A stretch of 64,000 nt of DNA from an uncultured Chloroflexia bacterium (GCA_963774265.1 CAVZDU010000002.1:128001-192000); one strand, 5' to 3'; shown: positions 43,463 through 56,724, numbered from the stretch's first letter. Notes: a model not told the origin generated them from the sequence alone. Program-made: numbers and translations.

Positions 43463-44809
43463 TCAGATCATCAACATGGCCTGACTGCGAATATCACGCA
43501 GCCGCTTAATCATCTCCGCAGCGCCTTCATCCTCGCCCTGCGCCATCTCATCGGCCATCTGCCCGATCAGATCGAGCAACTCCGGCGTGACGGCCTCGCG
43601 ATTGTCCTGCAGAACCTGTCTCGTGCCGTCGGGATACGGCGCCATGACCAACTCGTTGATGAACTGCACCTCAGGCGGAGCGCTGGCCTGCATGAGGGTC
43701 ATGATCTCCTCGTAGATCATCCCCAGCCGGCTCATAAGCGCTTTGTCGCCCTTCTGCTCCGCGGCCTCCATATTGCGAGTAAGCACGCTGATGAATATGT
43801 CGTCAATTTCCTCGGCGTGTTCGTGCACTGCCGAACGCGGACTGGGTGAGTTGATGATCTCCTGGAGCAACTTAACGCTCTCCTCGATGCCTGCGCGGGT
43901 GGCCTGATCCAATTGCTGGGTCAGATCAAGCAGGCGATCGCGCAACTTCGTCAGGCGATCCTTCTCCGCGCCCTGTGCCGCATCCACGCGCCCTGTTAGA
44001 GACTCGAAGAACCTGTAGTCCAGCGCGGGCCGCGCGGCGAGCGCAATGGCCGACACCTCGTCTTCATCGCCGGCAACAATTTTATCCAGGAATTCCTCTG
44101 GACTCTTCAGGTCCTTTAGCGACTCGACCGCAACGCGCTGCTTCTGTGCGCGCTTGCCCCAAGTCGTCACGGGGAGCAGATTCTCACGCAACATCTCCAA
44201 CCGGCCCTTACTCTTCTCATCGCCTGTGGCGCTGGCCTGTTCCAGCATACCGCTCAGGATGCCGAAAAACTCGCCGTCAAGCTGGGCATCGTTGCCTTTG
44301 ATCATCATCAGGAGGCCTTTGGGATCATCCGCAAAGACCATCAGTTGCTCCACGAGTTTCGCCTTCTTGCGCTGCCGGTCAAGTTCCTCCTGGCTAATCC
44401 CCATCGTGCCATAGACCGCGTCGGTCAGGTTCTGGCGGCTCACGAACTGCCGAGGATTGAAAAAGTAACCCTTGCGTTGCTCTGGCGGTAAGGAACGCAT
44501 CAATGATTGCGTCAGCTCGCCGATCATCTTTTGCTTCTCAAGCTCAGGTATGTTGAGTTGCTGCGGGAAGTAGATCGCCAAGAACTCGGCCTTGGGATCG
44601 TGATAGACCAGCGGCACTTCGAGCATGATCGGCGTGTTGCACTTGGGGCATACGGCCACATTGAGCTGGCCCGAGAGGAAATAGCTGCGAAGCTCCGGGA
44701 CCGCGCCGACATCAATCATCGTGACGACGGGTGACGAATAAGCATTGCCGCACTGCGGACATTGGATGGGAACTTCGTTCCTTTGGGCGGTCTTATTGGG
44801 TTGGGTCAT
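43463..44809 (-). CDS. CpXC domain protein (CxxC-CxxC zinc ribbon plus helical region)
   Basis: CPQCG...CPKC...PLVYHDP, then ERKGY-like QRKGYFFNP and an alpha-helical C-terminus. Confidence 0.8.
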   Translation of the reverse strand: MTQPNKTAQRNEVPIQCPQCGNAYSSPVVTMIDVGAVPELRSYFLSGQLNVAVCPKCNTPIMLEVPLVYHDPKAEFLAIYFPQQLNIPELEKQKMIGELTQSLMRSLPPEQRKGYFFNPRQFVSRQNLTDAVYGTMGISQEELDRQRKKAKLVEQLMVFADDPKGLLMMIKGNDAQLDGEFFGILSGMLEQASATGDEKSKGRLEMLRENLLPVTTWGKRAQKQRVAVESLKDLKSPEEFLDKIVAGDEDEVSAIALAARPALDYRFFESLTGRVDAAQGAEKDRLTKLRDRLLDLTQQLDQATRAGIEESVKLLQEIINSPSPRSAVHEHAEEIDDIFISVLTRNMEAAEQKGDKALMSRLGMIYEEIMTLMQASAPPEVQFINELVMAPYPDGTRQVLQDNREAVTPELLDLIGQMADEMAQGEDEGAAEMIKRLRDIRSQAMLMI

Positions 44810-44855
44810 GCTGAAGGAGCGTCCTTTCAGAGAATGCGTTGCTTATGCGGACGAA

Positions 44856-46949
<2,094 letters not shown>

Positions 46950-46992
46950 TTATACTCTGAATGGAGGGAAGGACAAACAAAAGCGGCACGAA

Positions 46993-47841
46993 TCACAGCG
47001 GAAGCAGCATCTCCCATTGACGGACGCTTACATGAAAGCGCAGGGCAGCAAGTACACGGCTGAGTGGATCATCTGCAGGGACGTTCAAAATTCGCATCGC
47101 CAGGCCGGGATATAGCCGTGAAAGAGCCTGCAGCAGCGGCCGGCCCGCCCTCACCACTCCCGCCTCAGGATTGATGCCTACGTCAAGGATGGACAAGCCA
47201 TCAACGCGTGCCGATACGATGCAGTAGGCCGCCGGGTTGCCATCCAAATCCAGCGTATAGGCGCGTGCGCGGCCCAGCATCCTGCGCAGGGTCTCAGGCT
47301 CGCGCTGCCAACTCGGGGACTCTCTATGCCACGCCTCAAAGTACGGCAGGGGGGCATCGGGCGCCGCCTCGCACAGCAGCTCCTGGGGGATCGGCAGTGA
47401 ATCCGCGTCGGTCGGCAGCGACCAGGTCAGCAGTTCACGAATGTCGATGAAACCCAGGTCCCGATAGAGGCGGTGTGCCTTCTCGTTTTCGCTGATCACC
47501 TCCAGCTTAATGTTCCGGAGCTTCAGACGGCGTGCATTGTCGATGAGAGCCAACATCATGCGACGCGCAATCCCCATGCGTCGAGCCGCAGGCACCGTGC
47601 CCACCCCGCTGATCCAGCCGCGCTCCCCACGCCTCGACAACAACGCCATCCCGACAAGACGCCCTCTCTCCTCGGCGACCACCGACGCATCGACGTCGAC
47701 ATCATAGAGCAGATCCATCTGAGCAATCTGTTCTGCGTCGACGTGGAGGGGGATCATGTAGTCCGCGTAGGCAGCATTCATGCAATGAGCGCGCGCCTCG
47801 AACGAAGCACTACTTGCAGGACAATACTTGATTCGGGTCAT
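46993..47841 (-). CDS. GNAT family N-acetyltransferase (tandem GNAT fold)
   Basis: GVGTVPAARRMGIAR, LEVI.EN..A..LY..LGF. Confidence 0.85.
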   Translation of the reverse strand: MTRIKYCPASSASFEARAHCMNAAYADYMIPLHVDAEQIAQMDLLYDVDVDASVVAEERGRLVGMALLSRRGERGWISGVGTVPAARRMGIARRMMLALIDNARRLKLRNIKLEVISENEKAHRLYRDLGFIDIRELLTWSLPTDADSLPIPQELLCEAAPDAPLPYFEAWHRESPSWQREPETLRRMLGRARAYTLDLDGNPAAYCIVSARVDGLSILDVGINPEAGVVRAGRPLLQALSRLYPGLAMRILNVPADDPLSRVLAALRFHVSVRQWEMLLPL

Positions 47842-47924
47842 GGGCCGATTATAACATGCCGGACGCTCGGTCTGTAGTCTGGCTCATTGCGCATGGCGGT
47901 TCGGACGTCTATAATCGGCTCACT

Positions 47925-49239
47925 ATGGAGACATCGGCGGGGTCACGTGTGGCAATAATCGAGCGTCGAACAGGATGGAGCGTCGTTCTCCGACGCCGCT
48001 CGTGGCTCGGGCTGCTGCTGTTCATTACCAGCCTCCTGATCCCCAGCGACGGCTACGTCGGGGAAGGTCGATTGAATTGGGCGATTTTGAGTGCTGTCTC
48101 CGGCGAGCGATTCGACCTCGTATCCTGGGAGATGCAGGCGATCGGACAGAAGGTGCGTGATCTGGTCCGGCCACCCGGTGCAGCGCTTTCGCCCGATGAA
48201 GAGCACGACCTCGTCCTGGAATATATGAGCGGCGTGCGTCGCAGCAACGAACTCTCGGGGGCAATCGAGGATGCAGCTGCGGGCGTAGGCGGGGGGGACC
48301 TGGTAACAAAGCAGGCGGAACTGCAAAATGAGCTGGACCAACTACGAGTATCTCAGGCGGCGCGCCGGCCCGCAGTCGAGCGCATACTTGAGGAACAAGT
48401 TGCGAGCGTGCTGCTTGAACTCGGCTTCACTACCGTTGGCAAGGTGTTCCCGCCAGTCAGCTTCCAGTTCACCGAAAGCCCCAATTTTCTGATCATTTCA
48501 CCCAGGGATCACATTCGCATCGAGGAAAGCGTACATCTCGACCCAACCATGCCCCTGGAAAAGATCCAAGAGATCGAAGACGAGGTGGCGACAAAGACGG
48601 ATCGCAGCACCCTCATCGAGGGCACGGGCGGTTTCTCATCCTACCCGACGATGGTGCTCCAATCCTCGTCACTGAGCTGGGTGATCGACACGGTTGCGCA
48701 TGAGTGGGCCCACACTTACCTGACGCTACGCCCGCTGGGGTGGAACTACAACAGCAGCGGGGGCATGCGCACGATCAACGAGACCGTCGCGTCAATCTTC
48801 GGCGGCGAAATCAGCCGGATGGTTATAGAGAAGTACTATCCAGACCTGACCGGGCCATTCTCGTGGCCGCGGCCCCTGTCTATGGCTCCGGACTGGCTGA
48901 GCACCAGGCCGGTGGAGCCGGCGTTTGAGTTCGGCGCATTCATGCGGGAAACGCGGCTGGAGGCGGACAAGTTGCTGGCGGCGGGCAAGGTCGCTGAGGC
49001 AGAACTCTACATGGAAGCGCGGCGGCTGGAACTGCTGGAGCAGGGTTACGGAATCCGCAAGCTGAATCAGGCCTATTTCGCTTTCCATGGTTCATATGCC
49101 GTGGGCACGAGTGCTACCGACCCAATCGGTGGCAAGCTGCCGCGCGTTGCGGCTGCGCGCTAGAAACCTGCCGGAGTTCGTGCGAATCGTCGCACGGTTC
49201 AACGATGCGACGGACCTGGATGCTGCACTAACTTCATAG
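47925..49239 (+). CDS. Membrane-anchored putative zinc metallopeptidase (apparent frameshift near 49140)
   Basis: AHEWAH plus downstream NET (gluzincin-like), KLNQAYFAFHGSY. A shifted frame continues LRALRLRARNLPEFVRIVARF to TAG 49239. Confidence 0.65.
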
Positions 49240-49267
49240 TCACCCGCCAGACCGCAACTTTGCTCCT

Positions 49268-50467
49268 TCAAGGCTTCTCGCGCGCCCTCGACACCCACGG
49301 TTCCTCTGGATCGTCCATGAGCGACGCGCGGCGAATGGCAGACGAACCGAACTTGGCGCGGATGCGGTCCAGCGCGGCGTCAAGTTGAGCCTGGCGGTGA
49401 TCCTCCTGCTCAAACAGGCGAAGCTGCCGGCCGGGCTGCACCAGGTTGGAGCCGCCGACGCCCACCAGACGCAGGGGACGGCGATCCCAGGCCTTTTCGA
49501 AGAGTGTGAGCACATGCGCGTAGATGACGGGACCGCTGTCCACGGGGTCAGCAGGGGTAGCCTGGCGGGTCAGGGTTGAGAAATCGCCGTAGCGCAGCTT
49601 AAGATTGATCGTCCGTGCCTGAAGATTATATCTACGCAGGCGCCACGCCACCTCGTCGCTCAGGCGGAGCAGCTCGCGGCGCAACACTTCAGGGTCACGG
49701 ATGTCACGCGCAAAGGTCTCTTCCCGGCTGATCGACTTGGCCTCGTGCTCCGGTGTGACTGGGCTATCATCGACCCCATGGCTGCCGCGGGACAGGCTCT
49801 CGCCCGCGGCAGCGCCAAAGCGTGCGATCAGTTCCTCACGTGGGACACGCGCCAAGTCACCCACGGTCGTGATATTCAAGCGCGCAAGTTCGCGGCCCAT
49901 CACCTCGCCCACGCCCCACAGTTTGCGAATAGGCAGCTGCGCCAGAAAAGCAGCCTCTTCACCCGGCGGGACGACGGTGATACCGTGCGGTTTGCGGAAG
50001 TCGCTCGCGACCTTGGCCAGCAACTTGTTTGAGGCCACACCAAGCGAGGCAGAGAGCTTCAGTTCGGCTTCGATGCGATCCTGGATCGTGCGGGCGAGCT
50101 GAGTCGGAGGCCCGTAGTGAGGTTCCGTACCCGTAACATCGAGGAACGCCTCATCGATAGAAATTGGCTCGAGGAGGGGCGTATAGTCGCCCAGAACAGC
50201 CATCACCCGATCGGACATCTCGGCGTAACGCCCGCGATGTCCGGAGACAACAATAAGTTGGGGACAGCGACGCAAAGCTTCAGCCGTAGGCATGGCTGAG
50301 TGAATGCCGAATTTCCGCGCCTCGTAGGAGGCCGATGCGACGACCCCGCGCACCTCCGGCCGACCACCAACGATCACCGGCTTGCCCGACAGAGAAGAGT
50401 CGTCCAGGCGCTCGACGGCGACGAAAAACGCGTCGAGATCGATGTGGATAATCGCGCGTTGCGGCAT
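49268..50467 (-). CDS. dinB: DNA polymerase IV
   Basis: HIDLDAFF, SYEARKFG, SIDEAFLD, KLLAKVASD..KP.G. Confidence 0.96.
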   Translation of the reverse strand: MPQRAIIHIDLDAFFVAVERLDDSSLSGKPVIVGGRPEVRGVVASASYEARKFGIHSAMPTAEALRRCPQLIVVSGHRGRYAEMSDRVMAVLGDYTPLLEPISIDEAFLDVTGTEPHYGPPTQLARTIQDRIEAELKLSASLGVASNKLLAKVASDFRKPHGITVVPPGEEAAFLAQLPIRKLWGVGEVMGRELARLNITTVGDLARVPREELIARFGAAAGESLSRGSHGVDDSPVTPEHEAKSISREETFARDIRDPEVLRRELLRLSDEVAWRLRRYNLQARTINLKLRYGDFSTLTRQATPADPVDSGPVIYAHVLTLFEKAWDRRPLRLVGVGGSNLVQPGRQLRLFEQEDHRQAQLDAALDRIRAKFGSSAIRRASLMDDPEEPWVSRAREKP

Positions 50468-50515
50468 CTGAGTCCTGCCGGGGGTGACTACCTGACACCC
50501 CCGGACTCATCGAGT

Positions 50516-50986
50516 CTACTCTGGCTTGACCGCGGCGTAGATCAACCCGCCGAGCGCGCCAAGCGCCGCTCCCATGATCAAGCCCACGGGCAAACAACAC
50601 AGCCCGGCGATGCCGGTGATTGTGCCCGTGTTGAGAAATTGGCTGGGATCCAAGCCGGCTTGTTCGAATTGCTGCAACATCTCGGGCGGCAACCGGTTGA
50701 TAATCGCCGCCGTGCCACCCTGCGTCGCGAGAGCAACCGGCGTGAGGATCAGGCTAACGAGGCCGCTGGCAAGGCTGGCAATGAGACCTGCGAGCGCGCC
50801 CTGCCCCGCGGCAGGACCGGTATCGCGGCGGGGAAGCATCAACGCCGCGGCCAACCCACCCACGCCAAGGTAGGCCAGGAATTGCAGCGGAAAGGTCAGA
50901 CAGCTCAGGAAGGGTACCATATTCATGAGGCTGAGCACGATCATGATGCCAGCGCCGATCAGGCCTGCTTTCAACCAAGGTCTCAT
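50516..50986 (-). CDS. Small multi-pass membrane protein
   Basis: Four Gly/Ala-rich hydrophobic helices; RBS AAGGAG. Confidence 0.7.
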   Translation of the reverse strand: MRPWLKAGLIGAGIMIVLSLMNMVPFLSCLTFPLQFLAYLGVGGLAAALMLPRRDTGPAAGQGALAGLIASLASGLVSLILTPVALATQGGTAAIINRLPPEMLQQFEQAGLDPSQFLNTGTITGIAGLCCLPVGLIMGAALGALGGLIYAAVKPE

Positions 50987-51155
50987 CACTCTCTCCTTGT
51001 GCAAAAATGGACGGTCATACAAGAGACTATAGCAGTCGAACGCGGCCTTGTCAACGCGTTCGGCGCCGCAGCTAGCACGACCACATCGCAATTGCGCCAC
51101 AATCGGGCGTCAGATATATAATCATTACTCGAATCTTAGTCAGGCGGTATCATCC

Positions 51156-52112
51156 ATGTCTGTTGCAAGCGAAGGCGACATCGTCCTTCTGGTCAGCCCC
51201 GACGGCAAGCATTACCTCATCCGGCTCAAGCCAGGTGACATGTGGTCTTCGCACAAGGGCAACATCTTCCACGACGATATCATCGGCAAGCCACTCGGCC
51301 GCACACTCTACACACACAGCGGTGCGGGATATCTGGCACTCGAGCCCTCGACTCACGATCTGATCCACGAGGTGCCGCGCACCACTCAGATTATTTACAG
51401 CAAGGATGCTGCACAAATCGCGCTGCGCCTCAGCCTGTATCCTGGCCGCACGATCGTGGAGGCCGGAACAGGCAGTGCAGGTCTCACCCTGGTCCTGGCG
51501 CGCGCGGTCATGCCAACAGGTCGCGTGTACAGCTATGAGACGCGCGCAGAGTCGTTCGATATGGCACACGATAACCTGGACGATCTGGGATTGCTTCCCT
51601 ACGTGACCCTCTACAACGAGGATATCTCCGGGGGATTTCACGAACGCGAAGTCGATGCGGTATTTCTGGACCTGCGCGAGCCCCAGTTATTCCTGGACAA
51701 TGCGTGGACCACCCTTAAGGGGAGCGGCTTTTTCGGTGCGTTGGTGCCGACGGCCAACCAGGCGATGGCGTTGATTGAGGGGTTGCAAGCGCGCCCCTTC
51801 GGTGACATCTTGATGGAAGAGATCTACCAGCGACCCTGGAAGACAGTCCCAGGCCGGCTGCGCCCCGAAGACCGGATGATCGCACACAGCGCATTCCTGA
51901 TTTTTGCGCGAAAGATCGAGGCGGGCGACGAGTCGCTCACCTGGATGCCAGACAAAAGGCGCCGTGCGTACAAGGGCAAGCTGGCAATGGCGGAACGGGA
52001 GAAGCAGGACGCCATGAACGCTGAGCTAAACAGCGCTGCTAACGAACGCAGGCACCCGAACCTGCCCCAAGATGTAATGCGAGAGGAAAACGACGAACAG
52101 AGCTCTCTCTGA
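51156..52112 (+). CDS. trmI: tRNA (adenine-58-N1)-methyltransferase
   Basis: PRTTQIIYSKDAA, VEAGTGSAGL, VFLDL..P, RP..RMIAHS.FL. Confidence 0.92.
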   Translation: MSVASEGDIVLLVSPDGKHYLIRLKPGDMWSSHKGNIFHDDIIGKPLGRTLYTHSGAGYLALEPSTHDLIHEVPRTTQIIYSKDAAQIALRLSLYPGRTIVEAGTGSAGLTLVLARAVMPTGRVYSYETRAESFDMAHDNLDDLGLLPYVTLYNEDISGGFHEREVDAVFLDLREPQLFLDNAWTTLKGSGFFGALVPTANQAMALIEGLQARPFGDILMEEIYQRPWKTVPGRLRPEDRMIAHSAFLIFARKIEAGDESLTWMPDKRRRAYKGKLAMAEREKQDAMNAELNSAANERRHPNLPQDVMREENDEQSSL

Positions 52113-52131
52113 TGTTTCGGTGATCGTCCGC

Positions 52132-53202
52132 CTATCCGTTTCGGCCGGCGGGGGATGCGGCGCGCCGCTTCATCACGCGTGCGCCCAGCAGACCCGCGCA
52201 CAGCAATGCGCTCACCCCGCCGAATAGCAGCCCCTGGGGCGGAGTCGAAGCGGCAGAATCCGGCGCAGTGGCCACCGGCGCAGCCGTGGCTCGTGGGCGC
52301 GGAGGAAGCGTTGACGACGGCGTGACGCTTGGGGTGGCGGTATCCTGGGGCGTCGGGGTGATCGTGGCTGTTGGGGTGTCGGTTGGCGTGGACGTTGGCG
52401 AAGGCGTGGCCGAAGCAGTCGGTTCGAGCGTGGCCGTTGCAGATGGCGCCGGAGTCGCCGTTGCCGGGCGACGAGTTGATGTAGCGGCCGCCGCTACCTC
52501 CTGAACTGGCGCCGGCGCAGGTGGTAGATCGGTCGGCAGGGCGACGACGGGAGCGGTGTCCTGGTACAAACCAACGGCGTCGATGAATATCTGGTTCGCG
52601 CCGGTCGAGTAGTTGTGATCGACCCACACATACACGGTGACTGTCGTTCCACGGGCCATGGCAGTCACGTCGATATTGGAGTGTTTGGGATTACGTACGC
52701 CGTCGGGATTGCTGTCGTTGAGCACCGTGCCCGGTCCACGATGCATGGGCCCCCAGACGATGTTCGGAGAGTTCGGGTCGGTCCCCCCGGTGGGGTCGAT
52801 ACCCAACCGCCGGCCAAACGCGTCGGGTTCCGTCGGTGCACCCCAGCCCATGGATGCACGATAGGTGGCGCCCGGCGTCAGTCCGCCCACCTGGGTGAAG
52901 ATGCCGGCGACAAATACACCGCCGTCGGACCATATCCGCAGGCTCGGTGCACCCCAGTAAGTGTCAACATGGGGATCCATGGAGAGGCCACCGGAGATCA
53001 CGAATGGCGTCCAGCCCGCTGGCGTCTGGCCTTGGGCTGAGGGCACGAACTGATCCATGCCGCAGTTTGGGATCAGGTTGCCGGGAGCGCACCCGTGGCC
53101 ACCAGGGCCGCTGGCATGTGACGGTGACTCGTGGGAAGTGAGGACAAGCAGGACGAGTAACACGACCGCCGTCCTGAAAAGAGTGTTCAGCGGTTTGATC
53201 AC
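52132..53202 (-). CDS. Exported protein: beta-rich (CBM-like) domain, Thr/Pro stalk, C-terminal membrane anchor
   Basis: Signal peptide, NLIPN.G.....P.GW, GIDPTGGTDP....VWG, TP repeats, terminal TM helix followed by KRR. Confidence 0.7.
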   Translation of the reverse strand: MIKPLNTLFRTAVVLLVLLVLTSHESPSHASGPGGHGCAPGNLIPNCGMDQFVPSAQGQTPAGWTPFVISGGLSMDPHVDTYWGAPSLRIWSDGGVFVAGIFTQVGGLTPGATYRASMGWGAPTEPDAFGRRLGIDPTGGTDPNSPNIVWGPMHRGPGTVLNDSNPDGVRNPKHSNIDVTAMARGTTVTVYVWVDHNYSTGANQIFIDAVGLYQDTAPVVALPTDLPPAPAPVQEVAAAATSTRRPATATPAPSATATLEPTASATPSPTSTPTDTPTATITPTPQDTATPSVTPSSTLPPRPRATAAPVATAPDSAASTPPQGLLFGGVSALLCAGLLGARVMKRRAASPAGRNG

Positions 53203-53238
53203 TGCACAAGTATAGCCCAGGAAGGATAAGGCGCCAAA

Positions 53239-54882
53239 ATGAGAAGGTTGAGAGAGGCAAAACTGATCATTAGCTTCGTAGCCATCGTCCTTGCGCTGTC
53301 CGCATGCCAACCCTTGCCTGTGTCAACTCCCTCAGGTGCAGCCGCTCCCACAGAGCCGCGGTCCGGTGGTGTGCTACGCTATGGACTCACTCTGCCAGTT
53401 TCCGGCATAGACCCCCATGTACACGCCAGCTCGGAGCTGACCATTGCGCTGAGCGGCGTGTATGATACGCTTGTGGTGCAGGCGCCTGATGGGACGTTTC
53501 ACCCCTCGTTGGCCGAAAGATGGGAAGTCAGCGAAGACGGCACAACTTACACATTCTTCCTCCGGAAGGGAGTGAAGTTCCACGATGGGACCCCCTTCAA
53601 TGCCGCGGCGGTCGCGGCGAACCTGGCACGCGTGGCTGACCCTGCGACCAAGTCGCAGAAGGCGGTCTTCCTGCTGGGTCCTTACGCCGGCTCCGAACAA
53701 ATCGACGAATATACCATCCGCATCAAGCTAACGAAGCCGTACTCACCGCTGGTTGATGGACTGAGCCAGACTTATTTGGGAATGGCCTCGCCCGCGGCGC
53801 TGGCTCAGTGGGGTGACCAATATCAGTTACACCAGGTGGGCACCGGCCCCTTCAGGTTCGTGAGTTATCAGGAGCGACAAACTCTCGTGATCGAACGCAA
53901 CCCAGATTATGCGTGGGCGCCTGCAATCCGGGGGCGGCAGGGACCTGCGTACATCGATCGGGTGGAGTTCCGCTTCTACGCAGATGCAGCAACGCGGCTT
54001 CCCGCGCTCCTTGCAGGCCAAGCCGACGTGATGGGCGAGCTGCCGACGACAGACGCGCAACAATTGGCTGGCGGCGCCAACGCGACGCGCTTCGGACTGT
54101 ATCCCGTGGCTATCCCAGGACAGTCTGTGCAGTTCTTCATGAATACCACAATGGCTCCACTGGATGACGTGCGCGTACGCCAGGCGCTGCTCTACCTGGC
54201 AGACCGTGCCGCGCTGGTGAAGGCGGTCTTTGGGGAGTACTCACCCGTTGCTACGGGCCCCCTCACCGCTGTGACGCGATGGGCACTCGGACCGGTCTTG
54301 AGCGCGCCCCCGTATCCCCACGATGAAGCCAAGGGCAAGGCACTGCTGGCTGAGGCGGGTTGGACCGACTCGAACGGCGACGGCGTGCTCGACAAGGGCG
54401 GAGATAAGCTGGTCCTAAAGGGCATTCTGATGAGCTGGGGCGAATTGCCCGCCATCGGGACAATCTTGCAGGCGCAGTGGAAGGCAGCCGGTGTCCAGTT
54501 GGACCTGGAGCAAATGCCCTACCCGGCCGCGCTGGAGGCAGGACGCAAGGGCACCCATCACCTGATCCCCTTCAGCAACTCCGGCACGGACGCCTCTCTG
54601 CTGCGGACGTTCTTTCACAGCACCAACATCGGGGGATTCAACTGGGCGCGGATTTCCGACACGTCCGTCGACGCGGCACTCGATGAGGCGGAGCGCCTGA
54701 GCAAGCCTGAGGAACGCGGCCAGCGCTATCTCGAAGTCCAACGTCGCGCAGTGGATCAGGCATGGATTCTGCCCGTACGCGATCCTGTGAACCTGAACGC
54801 CGCATCAAAGCGCGTCCAGGGGCTGGTCTATGACGTACAAGGGTGGGTTCCCGTACTCTACAACGCCTGGCTGAAGGAGTAA
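53239..54882 (+). CDS. Peptide/nickel ABC transporter substrate-binding lipoprotein (family 5)
   Basis: LSAC lipobox, LAERWE.SEDG.TYTF.LRKGVKFHDGTPFNA, GTGPF. Confidence 0.93.
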   Translation: MRRLREAKLIISFVAIVLALSACQPLPVSTPSGAAAPTEPRSGGVLRYGLTLPVSGIDPHVHASSELTIALSGVYDTLVVQAPDGTFHPSLAERWEVSEDGTTYTFFLRKGVKFHDGTPFNAAAVAANLARVADPATKSQKAVFLLGPYAGSEQIDEYTIRIKLTKPYSPLVDGLSQTYLGMASPAALAQWGDQYQLHQVGTGPFRFVSYQERQTLVIERNPDYAWAPAIRGRQGPAYIDRVEFRFYADAATRLPALLAGQADVMGELPTTDAQQLAGGANATRFGLYPVAIPGQSVQFFMNTTMAPLDDVRVRQALLYLADRAALVKAVFGEYSPVATGPLTAVTRWALGPVLSAPPYPHDEAKGKALLAEAGWTDSNGDGVLDKGGDKLVLKGILMSWGELPAIGTILQAQWKAAGVQLDLEQMPYPAALEAGRKGTHHLIPFSNSGTDASLLRTFFHSTNIGGFNWARISDTSVDAALDEAERLSKPEERGQRYLEVQRRAVDQAWILPVRDPVNLNAASKRVQGLVYDVQGWVPVLYNAWLKE

Positions 54883-54903
54883 GACAGTCGGAATTGCCGT
54901 GCA

Positions 54904-55845
54904 ATGAGTGATAGTCCGTCCTCCTTTTTCCTGTTCTTGCGCAGGCGCCTCCTGGTGGCAGCGTTGACGCTTCTCGGCGTCGCCACCGTCGTCTTTGCGC
55001 TGGTGCGCCTGCTGCCCGGTGATCCAGCAGAGACGATGCTGGCGCGCGCGGGCGCAGGACCCGAGGCTGTGGCCGCGCTGCGGGTTGAGTTGGGCCTGGA
55101 CAGGCCCCTGTCGGAACAATACCTCACCTGGCTTGCCGCCACAGTGCGAGGCAACCTGGGCCAGAGCCTGCTCAACGACCGGCCAGTGACGGAGCTCATT
55201 GGCGAGCAGTGGCGCTCCACCGTCATCCTGGCGCTGGTTGCCTTCGCCTGGGCTGTCGTGCTCGGTGTCGGGCTAGGCGTGACTAGTGCGCTCTATCCCC
55301 GTCGCTGGCCTGATCGAATCGCCACCACGCTCGCCGTAGGCGGAGTGGCGGTGCCCGTATTCTGGTCGGGCCTGCTACTCATCTGGTTTCTCAGCATTGT
55401 CCTCGGCTGGCTGCCGCCACCCACCGGATCGCCGGCCAGTGCATTGTTGCCCGGCGTGGTCCTGGGCTATGCGGCAGCGGGCCCCATTGCACGCCTGACC
55501 CGCGCCAGCCTGCTCGACATCCTGGGGCAACCCTACATCACGGCTGCACGCGCCAAGGGGCTGACCTCTCGCCAGGTGCTGTGGGGCCATGCCGCGCGCA
55601 ATGCGGCCATCGCCGTGTTGACCATCGCTGCACTACAGCTAGGTTTCTTGCTTGGCGGTGCGGTCGTCACGGAGACCGTCTTCAACAGGCCCGGCCTCGG
55701 CCGCTTGTTGGTCGACGCCATCCTTTGGCGCGATTTACCCCTGGTGCAGGGTGTAACACTAGTTATCGCCACGGTCTATGTCGTCATCAACCTGATCGTC
55801 GACTTGCTGGCCGGCTGGCTTGACCCGCGCGTGGGGTGGCACTGA
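54904..55845 (+). CDS. Peptide ABC permease (DppB/OppB-like)
   Basis: PGDPA, LGLDRPL..QY, YITAARAKGL, ETVF..PGLG. Confidence 0.93.
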   Translation: MSDSPSSFFLFLRRRLLVAALTLLGVATVVFALVRLLPGDPAETMLARAGAGPEAVAALRVELGLDRPLSEQYLTWLAATVRGNLGQSLLNDRPVTELIGEQWRSTVILALVAFAWAVVLGVGLGVTSALYPRRWPDRIATTLAVGGVAVPVFWSGLLLIWFLSIVLGWLPPPTGSPASALLPGVVLGYAAAGPIARLTRASLLDILGQPYITAARAKGLTSRQVLWGHAARNAAIAVLTIAALQLGFLLGGAVVTETVFNRPGLGRLLVDAILWRDLPLVQGVTLVIATVYVVINLIVDLLAGWLDPRVGWH

Positions 55846-56655
55846 TGCCACCCCGCGCCAACAAAATAATCCCGCTACGACGGCGCGCTCGCGGTCCCGC
55901 TGATCATCGTGCTTGGTCTGGCCCTGGCCGTGCTACTCGCGCCAATTCTTGCTCCTTATGAGCCGGACCAAACCGATCTCACCTCACAGTTGCAGCCGCC
56001 ATCGGCTAATCATGGGCTGGGGACCGATTTCTACGGCCGTGACCTCTTGACCCGCTTGCTCTATGGCGGGCAGGCGACGTTGACAGTCGCGATCGGGGCG
56101 GTCATCCTCGCCGCGACTGCAGGCAGCGTGGCAGGTCTGCTGGCAGGCTCGACCCAGGGCTGGCCTGCACAAGTGTGGACAGGCATCTTCGACCTGATGC
56201 TGGCTTTCCCTGCACTGCTGCTGGCATTGATGGTCGTGGCGGTGCTCGGGCCGGGATTGCCTGCGCTTGGCCTGGCGGTCGGCATATCCAGCACCCCCGT
56301 TTACGCCCGTCTGGTCCGAAGCCTTACGTCCACCCTGCGCAGCGCACCCTTTGTGGAATCTGCGCGGGCGCTTGGCGGGGGTCCCCTCCACATTATCTTT
56401 CGTCACCTGGTCCGAAATGTTGCCCGGCCGGTCCTGGCGCTGACGACGCTGGACCTGGGCCGGGCAATCATCAGCGTCGCTGCTTTAGGTTATCTTGGAC
56501 TGGGCGCCTCACCCCCGCAAGCTGAATGGGGGTTGATGCTCTACGAGGGGCGCGGGTACATGACCAACGCCCCATGGGCCAGCCTCGTACCGGGCCTCGC
56601 CATCACGGCCACCGTTCTGGGAGTCACACTGCTTGGCGATGCATTGACGGAATAG
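55845..56655 (+). CDS. Peptide ABC permease (DppC/OppC-like; probable frameshift near 55870)
   Basis: LGTD..GRD, FVESARALG, LGYLGLG..PPQAEWG. The coupled ATG at 55845 is one base out of frame with the body. Confidence 0.88.
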
Positions 56656-56724
56656 CGCAACAAATTACGGCAAAGTGATTGAACCCTACGAACTGCGCTC
56701 GTCCCACCCGAAGTGACCGATAAT

